This document shows positions 18,465 through 27,204 of a stretch of DNA of 64,000 bases, piece after piece (positions within the stretch are counted from its first letter, which is position 1; each line of letters begins with the position of its first letter). The notes below the pieces were generated by a model. It had not been told where the DNA came from and did no database searches. It saw only the letters and a list, made by a program, of their open reading frames with translations. The stretch is from Armatimonadota bacterium (GTDB lineage Bacteria > Armatimonadota > UBA10988). The stretch is taken from the NCBI GenBank assembly GCA_016235455.1, contig JACRKZ010000032.1, positions 13,639 through 77,638 of the forward strand, written 5' to 3'. The position numbers and the translations under genes are program-made.

Positions 18465-19151
18465 ATGCGCGTGTTGCTTGTCGAAGATGAAGAGCGCATC
18501 GGCCAGTTCGTGCGCCGTGCGCTCACCGAGCAGGGCTTCGTCGTGGACTATCTGGTCGACGGCGACGAGGCCTGGGCCGCCACGCGTAGCCAGAGCTACG
18601 ACGCGCTGGTGCTCGACATCATGCTGCCCGGCCGCGATGGCTTGAGCATCCTGCGCAACCTGCGCGAGCAGCGCGACGCCGTGCCGGTCATTCTGATGAC
18701 CGCGCGTGGCGAGCTGCACGAACGGCTCGAAGGCCTCAATCTGGGCGCCGACGACTACCTGGTCAAGCCGTTCTTCGTCGAGGAACTCGTGGCGCGGCTC
18801 CATGCCGTCTGCCGCCGCGCGGGCGGTGAGAAGCTCAGCCGCCTGCAGGCCGGCGACCTGACGATCGACCTGCTGACGCGCGAGGTGCGCCGCGGCGAGC
18901 AGGCCCTCGACCTGACCGGCCGCGAGTTTGCGCTGCTCGAGTACCTGATGCGTCAGCCAGGCCGCGTCATCCCGCGCACGCAGTTGCTCGGGCATGTCTG
19001 GGGCTACGACTTCGATCCCGGCTCCAACCTCGTCGACGTCACGGTGCGTCGGTTGCGCCGCAAGATAGAGCGGCCCGGCGAAGAGGCGCTGCTGGAGACC
19101 GTGCGCGGCGTCGGCTATCGCATGAGGCAGGTCGTGGAGGCCGGTGCATGA
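18465..19151 (+). CDS. OmpR-family response regulator (CusR/CzcR-like)
   Basis: LLVEDE, LDIMLPGRDG, GADDYLVKPF, winged helix ending ETVRGVGY. Confidence 0.95.
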   Translation: MRVLLVEDEERIGQFVRRALTEQGFVVDYLVDGDEAWAATRSQSYDALVLDIMLPGRDGLSILRNLREQRDAVPVILMTARGELHERLEGLNLGADDYLVKPFFVEELVARLHAVCRRAGGEKLSRLQAGDLTIDLLTREVRRGEQALDLTGREFALLEYLMRQPGRVIPRTQLLGHVWGYDFDPGSNLVDVTVRRLRRKIERPGEEALLETVRGVGYRMRQVVEAGA

Positions 19152-20665
19152 AGCGCCGACTGTCGTTCCGCGCGCGTATCGCGCTGCTCTCGGCGACCAT
19201 CTCGGGCCTGGTGCTGGCGCTGTTCGCGCTGGGCTGCTTCGCGCTGGTGCGCAGCGCCGATCTGGGCTCGGTCGACCGCGATCTGCTGCGCATGGCCCAG
19301 CCGCAGGTGGACCGCCGGCTGCCCGACGAGCACTGGCAGCGCATGCAGGCAGCCATCTCAATGCTCGGCGGCCCGGAGCAGGACCTGGCCATGATGGTCG
19401 TCGACCGCAACGCCCGGCCCATCGTCCAGTCGCCCAACTGGCCACGCCAGTTCAGTGCGTCGCAGCTGCCCCTGCCCAGCAGCGTCGGTCTGCGCCGCCG
19501 TCCGCCGATGCCCATGCAGCCGCCGCCGCCACCACTCGATGGCGGGCCGCCGCCGCTCGACGGCGGGCCGCCACCGCCCGATGACGAGGTAGGCGGACCG
19601 GGCGGACCGGGCGCCGTCATCGACACACGCCCACCGGAGACGGAGACGCGTCACGCCGACGGCCATGCCTACCGACTGGCGGTGGTGGGCAATGCCGACG
19701 TGACGCTGGCCGTGGCGCTGCGGCTCGACCATTTCGAGGCCGGGCAACACCAACTGGCGCTCGGGCTGCTGCTGGGCTGGCTGGGCGCGCTGCTGGGCAT
19801 CGGCGCCGGCGGCTGGGTCGTCGCCGAGCAGGCCATGCGCCCGGTCCACAAGATCTCGGCCACGGCCGAACGGATCACCGCCAGTCGGCTCGACGCACGC
19901 ATCAACCCCAGCGGCATGGGCGAGGAGTTTCTCGGTCTGACCAACCTGCTCAACCAGATGCTCGAGCGCCTGCAGCGCAGCTTCGAGCAGGCCAACCGCT
20001 TCTCAGCCGACGCCGCGCACGAACTGCGCACGCCGTTGACCATCCTGCAGGGCGAGCTGGGCGTTGCCATCCAGGCCGCTCCCGACGGCTCGGAGTTGCA
20101 GGAGTCGCTCACCGGCATGCTCGACGAGGTACATCGGCTGGCCGGGCTGGTGCGCAAGCTGCTGCTACTGGCCGAGGCCGACGCCGGTGAACTGCAGATC
20201 GACCGCCGGCGCGTGGACCTGGCGGAACTGGTCCGTGATGCCGCCGAGGACGCGGCCATGCTGGCTCCGCACCTTAAGGTTGCCGCGCAGATCGAGGTGT
20301 CGGCCGTGGTCCTGGGCGATCGCGACCTGATCGGCCAGGTGATCAGCAATCTGGTGACCAACGCGGTGCGCTACAACCGGCCCGACGGGCGTGTGGCGCT
20401 ACGCTTGTCGACCCATGAGCAGACGGCGCGCGTGGTGGTAATCAACACCGGCCCCGGCATCGCGCCGGAACAGCAAGGCCGCGTGTTCGAGCGGTTCTTC
20501 CGCGCCGATCCGTCGCGTACGCGCGCGGCGGGCGGCGTGGGCTTGGGCATGAGCCTGGCGCGGGAGATCGCCCGCGCACACGGCGGCGATCTGGCCATCG
20601 CGGATGGGCGCGCCGATCGGACCGCGTTCGCCCTGACGCTGCCTCTGGCGCCGCCCGGCAGCTAG
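19148..20665 (+). CDS. sensor histidine kinase (HAMP-HisKA-HATPase, CusS-like)
   Basis: Two TM helices, AAHELRTPL, NLVTNA, NTGPGI, FERFFR, GVGLGM; ATGA overlap with the regulator. Confidence 0.95.
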   Translation: MKRRLSFRARIALLSATISGLVLALFALGCFALVRSADLGSVDRDLLRMAQPQVDRRLPDEHWQRMQAAISMLGGPEQDLAMMVVDRNARPIVQSPNWPRQFSASQLPLPSSVGLRRRPPMPMQPPPPPLDGGPPPLDGGPPPPDDEVGGPGGPGAVIDTRPPETETRHADGHAYRLAVVGNADVTLAVALRLDHFEAGQHQLALGLLLGWLGALLGIGAGGWVVAEQAMRPVHKISATAERITASRLDARINPSGMGEEFLGLTNLLNQMLERLQRSFEQANRFSADAAHELRTPLTILQGELGVAIQAAPDGSELQESLTGMLDEVHRLAGLVRKLLLLAEADAGELQIDRRRVDLAELVRDAAEDAAMLAPHLKVAAQIEVSAVVLGDRDLIGQVISNLVTNAVRYNRPDGRVALRLSTHEQTARVVVINTGPGIAPEQQGRVFERFFRADPSRTRAAGGVGLGMSLAREIARAHGGDLAIADGRADRTAFALTLPLAPPGS

Positions 20666-20814
20666 CGCGCCAGCAGTACCAACAGCGCCATGCAGGCAAC
20701 AAGATTGGCGGCCAGCCAGCGCGGGTCGGCATCGCCGAGCACCTTGGCAGTCACGCTCAGCAGCGAGTGCCGAGCAGCGCGACCGGTCCGCATCAACCTC
20801 TGTGTCATAGTCAT
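20662..20814 (-). CDS. putative 50-aa small membrane protein
   Basis: MTMTQRLMRTGRAARHSLLSVTAKVLGDADPRWLAANLVACMALLVLLAR*; hydrophobic C-terminus; stop overlaps the kinase stop (CTAG). Below the ORF-track cut-off. Confidence 0.4.
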   Translation of the reverse strand: MTMTQRLMRTGRAARHSLLSVTAKVLGDADPRWLAANLVACMALLVLLAR

Positions 20815-20991
20815 GCCCGATTCGAGTCAGATCGCCGACGGGAGTTGCCGGCCATACCGACTCTTCTGGCACCAGATCCGCCTGGCAGATGGCCAGGATT
20901 GGCCCATTCGCCAATGTGACGCAACCGTGAACGGAGTCGCGACTCCAACGCCAAGGCAGAGGCGCTCGGCGCGCCTCGCGAGGGTTGGCAG

Positions 20992-21246
20992 ATGACCACG
21001 GCGACACGAGCGGCGAGCACTACGGTGGCGATGGAAGTAGGCGCGGCCTTGACCCGCCGCACGCCTTCCGTCAAGCCCTCGCTGGGCTCGCGGCGCAACG
21101 CCTCCGACGACCGCCGACCGCTCTACAACGCGCCCATGAGCGACACCGTTGCCCGCGCCGCAGCGCTCGGCGTCCACGACACGCCATCCATCTACCACCG
21201 CGACCAGCCACGGATCATTGGCGCGCTGTTGGATGCTTACAGCTAG
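20992..21246 (+). CDS. hypothetical 84-aa protein
   Basis: GAGGG upstream of ATG, GC-rich third positions; no recognisable motif. Confidence 0.35.
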   Translation: MTTATRAASTTVAMEVGAALTRRTPSVKPSLGSRRNASDDRRPLYNAPMSDTVARAAALGVHDTPSIYHRDQPRIIGALLDAYS

Positions 21247-21424
21247 CGCCGCGCCACAGCAGCCGCTCACGGGACCTGCTGGCGCCGCCTCCGGGCGCAC
21301 CGGCGGCCCATTGCGTCCCGTCCCTACCGTTCAGACATGCCGCACGCCGCAGTCGCACGCCTGGCCCTGGCGCGGCTGACCAGATCCACGCCGCATCGCG
21401 TCATGTCCGTTGGTCCAATTCCAG

Positions 21425-21453
21425 TTGATCTTCACACTGCGACATGTTATAGC
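21425..21453 (+). promoter_or_regulatory. putative sigma70 promoter of the lpxB-like/FIST operon
   Basis: TTGATC-17 nt-TATAGC with an extended -10 TG in an AT-richer patch. Confidence 0.4.
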
Positions 21454-21535
21454 CCTTCTGTAAGGCTCATTGCTCGTACGATTCGGCACGCCGGCTATCG
21501 TTCCCGGTGATGAGTCGGCCAGAGGGGCCAGCGCG

Positions 21536-22684
21536 ATGAGTTTGGACACCATTGCCGTCATCTCTGTCGGACCGACGGGCGATGCCCGGGCCAGCCGCAT
21601 TGCCAGCCACATCCACGACCTGAGCCCGACGACGACCATTGTGGGCGCCGGTGGCAGCCAGCTGGGCCGCGTCGCCCATCACTTGCTGTGCGACACGTCG
21701 CAACTCAGCGTCTGGGACAGCACGGGCCTGACCGCACAGGTCCGCGGGATCACACTGGGCAACTACCGCCCACAGGCCTGGGTATTCGTCGATTCCTGGC
21801 GTGTGGTGCCCGTGCTGCGGTCGATGGGCCTGCTCGCCAACGGCCATCGGGTGGCCTGCTTCGGCGCGCTTGACAGGGAGAGCCGACGCGACTGCTCGCC
21901 GATCGTCGCTGAGTTCCTGGAAGCGGTGGCCGGCCTCGCCCACGTGTGGGTCAGCACCGACTATGACTGGGAGCACGCCCTCCTGGCGGCGTCGGGGCAA
22001 TGCGATGCCTTCTGGCTGGGCCACTGGGCAGCGCAGGGCGCGCATGACTGGCAACTGAGCCATCTGGAGCGTCACAGCAGCAACAGGCTGGTGCTATTGC
22101 CAGGCGGGCGCGCGGCTGAGGTCGAGGCGTCGCTGCCGGTCTTCCTGGCCGCGGCGCGCATTGTCTGCGCGGCACAGCCCCGCCTGATGGCCGCCGTGTG
22201 CACCGCGCCCGATGTCGATCCTCACCTGTATGCACGCCTGACAGCCATGCACTTCCCGGTCGCGGAACTGATCCATGGCACTGGCGCCTCCACCCGCTAC
22301 CGAGCGATGCATGACTCAGCGGTGGCGTTGGTGTGCAGTGGTACGGCCGCGCTCGAGGCAGCCATGCTCGGCACACCGATGGTGGTCGCGTACGACGCGC
22401 CGCCACACATCAGGCAGCGCTATGTGGCTCGTCGCGCGCTGGGCCAAGTGCCCGAGTTGCTGTCGCTGCCCAACGTCATTCTCGGCAGCAGCCACGTGCC
22501 TGAACTGCTGGCGGAGCCGGCGCCGCAGATCGCGCTGGCAGTGCTGGGCATCCTGCGCGACGCCTCGGCGGCGGGCCGGGCCATAGAGGTGGCCAACCGA
22601 CTGGCCGCACAGCTCTGCCCGGCGGGCGCGGAGCGCAGGTTGGTGGCGTTGCTCACGGGCCTGCTCAAGGTGGAGGGAGACTGA
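21536..22684 (+). CDS. divergent LpxB-like (GT19, lipid-A-disaccharide synthase-like) glycosyltransferase
   Basis: LLPGGRAAEV, CSGTAALEAAMLGTPMVVAY and SLPNVILGSSHVPELL match the LpxB C-domain; N-domain motifs are altered (VGPTGD, no PxxWAWR). Confidence 0.75.
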   Translation: MSLDTIAVISVGPTGDARASRIASHIHDLSPTTTIVGAGGSQLGRVAHHLLCDTSQLSVWDSTGLTAQVRGITLGNYRPQAWVFVDSWRVVPVLRSMGLLANGHRVACFGALDRESRRDCSPIVAEFLEAVAGLAHVWVSTDYDWEHALLAASGQCDAFWLGHWAAQGAHDWQLSHLERHSSNRLVLLPGGRAAEVEASLPVFLAAARIVCAAQPRLMAAVCTAPDVDPHLYARLTAMHFPVAELIHGTGASTRYRAMHDSAVALVCSGTAALEAAMLGTPMVVAYDAPPHIRQRYVARRALGQVPELLSLPNVILGSSHVPELLAEPAPQIALAVLGILRDASAAGRAIEVANRLAAQLCPAGAERRLVALLTGLLKVEGD

Positions 22685-25611
22685 TGGTGACACACAACAG
22701 CAACTCGGCGCCTCGCTTCATCGAGGCCGGCCAAGCCCTCCTCAAACTCGACCCAGAGGCCCCCCTGCACGAGCAGGGCAAACGCGTCTACGCACAGGCC
22801 ATGGAGTCGGCGTGCGATCTGCCTGTGCAACTGGCCCTGGTCTGGGCGCCGCCGCTCGGTCTGGACGAACACCGGCACGCCGAACTGCTGGCGGGCATGC
22901 GTGAGGCGGCCATGGGTGAAGTCGCGGAGGACGAGGACCAAGTGCCGCCCATGCTCGGCTGCACGGCGCCGTGGGTGCTGGGCGGAGCCGCACCGATCGC
23001 CCATCAGGACAGTGTCGTGGTCACCGTGCTGCGGGCTCGTACGGAGTACTTCTCGGTGCTGCTCGGTGTCGGCGAGGATGCCGTCCAGTCGCCCGAGGCA
23101 GCAGCGCTGCTGGCCTGTGCGCGGGCCGACATCAGCGCCGCGTCGATGGCGCGATGCGACGGCCTGGTGCTGTCCATCCTACCGGGCCTGCGGCACGGCG
23201 CGGACGGTGACACCGACCGGCTGCGACCCACGGACAACAGCGACGCGCGCCTCGTCAAGCAGATCCTGGCCGTGCTGGGCTCGTCGGGTGCCAGCACCTT
23301 CAGCGTCTTCGGCGGCAGCAGCGCGGACCGCTCAGGCGGTCGCGTGAGCTGGCAGTACGCCATGTTCCGGCCCTTCCGGGACAGCGTCGTGGTGGCCAAG
23401 GTGATGACCCGGCTCAACTTCGGCATGGGCATCAGCCACGGGTTCAGCCTGGAGCCCAATCCCATCCGCGTCACAGGCGCGGAGCCGGATGAGACCCGCA
23501 TCATCGCCGAGCTTGACGGCCAGCCCGCCGGCCAGCGCGTGCGCATGTCGCCCCAGCAGCCTGTCATCCTCGGGCTGATGGACGCACAGCTGGTGTACGG
23601 CCCACAGAAGCTGTATATCAACGGGGAGAACGACGAGCAGGCCATCGTCAACTGGCCGGTGGCCTCCAGCGGCATCGCCCACGAGATGAGCCTGACCCGG
23701 GCCGGCGCACTGCGAGCGGTCGATGAGGCCAGTCGACAGGTCGCCATCCGTGGCATGTTGGCCCGACCCAAGTTCGCACTGGCTATCGCCTGCGCGGGCC
23801 GCGCGTCCGTGGTCGACGACCCGGGCCTGCCCAGGCTGGAGTCGGAGCGACTGCGCCGACTGTGGGGCGACCAGGTCACCGTGACCGGATTCTATGCGCG
23901 CGGCGAGCTGTGCCGCACGGCGGGCCACGCTGACTACGCCGAGAACTACGCCTATGCGCTGCTGGTGATCGATGACGAGCTGTACCCGACCGTTCGCATG
24001 CGCCAGCGCCTGTCGTTCATCGACGACATGCGGCTGCGCCTGGCGGCCGCGGTCTCCGAGGCCCGCCAGGCCACCAGCCCCGAGGAGGTGGTGATCCGTG
24101 CGCTGCGCGCCCTGGAGCCGCCGCACGCTTCGCCCGGCGGCTGGCCGGCGCTGGGCGGCATGGTCAGCATGCTGCAACCCATGACCGGCGCGCAGCAGCA
24201 CATCGTGGGCTACAAGGCCACCAGCCGCTGGGACGCCATCCGCCAGGCCACGAACGTATCGCGCACCGGTGATGACCAGGACATCCTCTCGCTCGTGCTC
24301 AACAGCGACGAGCCGCAGTTCATCCCCAACTCGCTCACCGACCCACGAGTCAGTCGCTTCCGCATGAACCTGGCCAAGCCGGGCCCCTCTGATACCGGCC
24401 CGGGTGTTCAGGGACAGGTGGTGATGCGGCTGGTCCATCCGCGCACGCACATGCCGATCGGCACGCTGCAGGTAGAACTGCCGCTGGGCTACGCGCCAAT
24501 GCCGATCGAGATCCGCATCGTGGCCGACTACGCGCGGCAGATCTCCGCCGCGTTCTGTGAGGCCGTGGAGCAACGCGAACGCATCAACCGCCTGACCCGG
24601 CTCGCGGCCCTGGTGCTCAAGACGGATCTGTCGGACGCCCTGAGCACGCTGGCCAAGGTGGCACGCGAAGCGCTCTCGGGTGACTGGTGTTGCCTCGGCG
24701 TCACTGGCCTGCCCTGCACGGCGACCGCCGACACCCCGCCCAAGGCCATCGAGTTGATCGCCAACTGCGATCCGGTGGCCGCCGAGCAGTGGGCCGACGA
24801 CAACGGCCATCGCTACGCGTCATCGCGCTGCCCGGCATGGCCCTCGCCGGCGCTGGTCCAGATCATGGTCGGCCCGGCCCTCGCTGAGCAGCCGTTCGGC
24901 GTAGCGGCGATGCGCTACCTGCTGGCCCAACTGGTGAGCGTGGTCAGCATCGGCCTGGCGCGCGAGAGTACACGGCGCGTGCCGTCACTGGCGGAAGAGG
25001 AGTACCGCGTGGTCAAGCGTGTCCACGACCTGCTCGACCACCACGCCAGTGCGCTCCTCGATCTGGCCGACACCGAAGGGCACACCGAGGCAATCGTGCG
25101 CAGTCGCTGCCGCAACCTCTACGGTGACCTGACCGAACTGCGCGATCTGGTGCGGAACCTGGTGGCACCGCTGGGCTACGCCCGACGCGACACGCGGCGC
25201 CAGGTGCGCACCGTCGACCTCTGCGAGTTGGCCGGCGCCGCCGCTGCGGACTGGCGTCGCCGCACCGGGCGGCGAGCCGAACTGGCCATGCCACGCTCAT
25301 TGCCGGTGTTGGTCACCGAGGTACCGCTGAAGCAGGCGCTGCTGTGGCTGCTGCGCATCTTCGAGGCGCTGCCGGGCACCTCGGTGCGCATCGCCGTAGC
25401 CGCCGAACCGCCAGCGGGCGTCGTAACTATCACGCTGTCACCCGACCCGGGCGATGCCCCTGCCGCAGCCGGCGCGGCCGGCGACGACAACTCAACCAAG
25501 CGGGCGCTGTACGTCTACCAGGCTGGGCGAGCCGCCTTGGGCTTTGGGGGCTCGCTGGAGCGACCCGACCACCACTGCTACATCTTGCGCATACCGTACG
25601 ACCCCGGCTAA
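22684..25611 (+). CDS. FIST-N/FIST-C sensor with GAF-like domains and a degenerate histidine-kinase module
   Basis: VFGGSSAD, ISHGF, IAELDGQPA, IACAGR, VTGFYARGEL (FIST); GAF-like PIGTLQVE; H-box-like VHDL, VDLCEL, PLKQALLWLL, FGGSL; TGATG coupling to the upstream gene. Confidence 0.75.
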   Translation: MVTHNSNSAPRFIEAGQALLKLDPEAPLHEQGKRVYAQAMESACDLPVQLALVWAPPLGLDEHRHAELLAGMREAAMGEVAEDEDQVPPMLGCTAPWVLGGAAPIAHQDSVVVTVLRARTEYFSVLLGVGEDAVQSPEAAALLACARADISAASMARCDGLVLSILPGLRHGADGDTDRLRPTDNSDARLVKQILAVLGSSGASTFSVFGGSSADRSGGRVSWQYAMFRPFRDSVVVAKVMTRLNFGMGISHGFSLEPNPIRVTGAEPDETRIIAELDGQPAGQRVRMSPQQPVILGLMDAQLVYGPQKLYINGENDEQAIVNWPVASSGIAHEMSLTRAGALRAVDEASRQVAIRGMLARPKFALAIACAGRASVVDDPGLPRLESERLRRLWGDQVTVTGFYARGELCRTAGHADYAENYAYALLVIDDELYPTVRMRQRLSFIDDMRLRLAAAVSEARQATSPEEVVIRALRALEPPHASPGGWPALGGMVSMLQPMTGAQQHIVGYKATSRWDAIRQATNVSRTGDDQDILSLVLNSDEPQFIPNSLTDPRVSRFRMNLAKPGPSDTGPGVQGQVVMRLVHPRTHMPIGTLQVELPLGYAPMPIEIRIVADYARQISAAFCEAVEQRERINRLTRLAALVLKTDLSDALSTLAKVAREALSGDWCCLGVTGLPCTATADTPPKAIELIANCDPVAAEQWADDNGHRYASSRCPAWPSPALVQIMVGPALAEQPFGVAAMRYLLAQLVSVVSIGLARESTRRVPSLAEEEYRVVKRVHDLLDHHASALLDLADTEGHTEAIVRSRCRNLYGDLTELRDLVRNLVAPLGYARRDTRRQVRTVDLCELAGAAAADWRRRTGRRAELAMPRSLPVLVTEVPLKQALLWLLRIFEALPGTSVRIAVAAEPPAGVVTITLSPDPGDAPAAAGAAGDDNSTKRALYVYQAGRAALGFGGSLERPDHHCYILRIPYDPG

Positions 25612-25628
25612 CCGACCAGCCTGGCGCT

Positions 25629-27197
25629 TCAGCGCCCCACTTCCGCCACCAGCACATAGCCGTCCGCCGCACCGGCCAACTCGGCCTGCCGCGGCGCGAT
25701 CAGCGGAGGACGCGTGGCCGCTGGATCGACCGGCGCCACGCCGGTGCCCACGATTGCCACGCGCGTCTCGCGCCGAGCCATGGCCAGCGGGCCGTCCACG
25801 CCAGGCAGCAGCGACCCGAACAGCAGGTCGCCCAGCGTCTCGGAGTAGATGGCGAAGTACGGGCCGCCACCGCCCTCTGGGCCGGTCCTGACCCAAGCAT
25901 CGGGCGACTCGACGAAGGCGAACGCGGCACTGCCCACCACCGCCACGCGCCGGCCGCCGAGCAGGCAGGCGCCGTCGATGCGGCTGCTGTTGGGCTTGTC
26001 CTGGGACGGCTGGAACGAGGCCACATGGGTGGCGGCGTAGACTTCGGCCTTGGCGGTATCGACTGCCAACAGCCAGCCATAGCTGCCCGCGCCCGCGCCG
26101 GCCAGGGAGTCGACAAAGCCCTGCCTGACTGGCGCCGGCTGGTCGAGGTTGGTCGGCTGGCGCCCGAAGACGCTGTTACCGCCGTCGCTCTGCCCCCAGG
26201 CCAGCACCTTGCCCTCGGCCAGCGGCGTCAGGCCGCGGACGCTGCTGTCGGCGACCAGCCGGTAGGCGTCGGGACCCACCTGCCGGCCGTCCCAGCGCCA
26301 GTACTGCCACTGTGCCCGGCCGACACGGTCGTAGGCCGTCAGAAGGGGCCGCTGCCAGGGCTCGCGACCGGTGAAGGCCGGCTCGTCGCCGCCGGTGTAG
26401 ATGCGGCCCTGCCGCGGGTCTGCCGCCAGGAGCATGCCGCCCTTGGTCGGCCCGAGTTCGCGCGCCGCACCCGACCCGGCGTTGAGCGAATAGAGCCGGC
26501 CGTAGGCCTGAGCCACCAACTCCCTCTCACCGAGAATGCGGAACCGCGCGCCGACTCGCCCGCCAACCGGCCGCTCGACATCGGCGGCCTGCCGCTCGCC
26601 GCGCTCGAACACAGCGATCCAGTCGACCGCGGTCAAATCGGCGCGGCAGCGCATGACGAACAGGGCACTGCCGCCAGCAGCCATGGGCGAGGGCGGTCCC
26701 AGCTTGGCACCAGGCTGAGGGCGCGCCCAGTTGACGAAGGGATCGCGGCCCAGGCCACCCAGGTACAGTGCCCCATCGGCGCCGACCGCGGCTGAGGTGA
26801 AGACACCCATGCCCCAGCCCAGCCGTACCATGGCCTCAACCTTGGCCAGGTCCGGGCTCAGCCGCCACACGCAGCCGGCGCGGTTGGGGTTGGCGTGGTC
26901 GAGCAGGTGTCTGCCCGGGTCCGACCAGACCGGCGCGTCGCGGTAGTTGTCCGGCCCCCAGACACGCGCGCCGGGCAGGCGCGGTCCCCAAGCGTTGCCG
27001 ACGGCCAGCAGCGCGCCGCTGGGCTGGTAGCAGGCGGCCACCAGCTCTTCGGCGCCCGGGCCGCCCAGCCAGGTCGAGGCGATGATCTTGATCGCGCCGT
27101 CGGAGCCCTTGGCGCGAGCCGAGAGCTGGTGGTAGCGCGTCTCCTGGGCACCCAGGCAGGCGCCCATCAACAGCACCACCACCAGCACTCGTCGCAT
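25629..27197 (-). CDS. secreted beta-propeller (SBBP-repeat-like) hypothetical protein
   Basis: Signal peptide; STWLGGPGAE, DGALYLGG, DGYVLV-type blades. Confidence 0.6.
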   Translation of the reverse strand: MRRVLVVVLLMGACLGAQETRYHQLSARAKGSDGAIKIIASTWLGGPGAEELVAACYQPSGALLAVGNAWGPRLPGARVWGPDNYRDAPVWSDPGRHLLDHANPNRAGCVWRLSPDLAKVEAMVRLGWGMGVFTSAAVGADGALYLGGLGRDPFVNWARPQPGAKLGPPSPMAAGGSALFVMRCRADLTAVDWIAVFERGERQAADVERPVGGRVGARFRILGERELVAQAYGRLYSLNAGSGAARELGPTKGGMLLAADPRQGRIYTGGDEPAFTGREPWQRPLLTAYDRVGRAQWQYWRWDGRQVGPDAYRLVADSSVRGLTPLAEGKVLAWGQSDGGNSVFGRQPTNLDQPAPVRQGFVDSLAGAGAGSYGWLLAVDTAKAEVYAATHVASFQPSQDKPNSSRIDGACLLGGRRVAVVGSAAFAFVESPDAWVRTGPEGGGGPYFAIYSETLGDLLFGSLLPGVDGPLAMARRETRVAIVGTGVAPVDPAATRPPLIAPRQAELAGAADGYVLVAEVGR

Positions 27198-27204
27198 GGT
27201 CAGC

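Noticed and set aside
19520-19580. 21-bp tandem repeat in the kinase gene
   Set aside because: Encodes PPLDGGP units in the periplasmic loop; no spacer structure.
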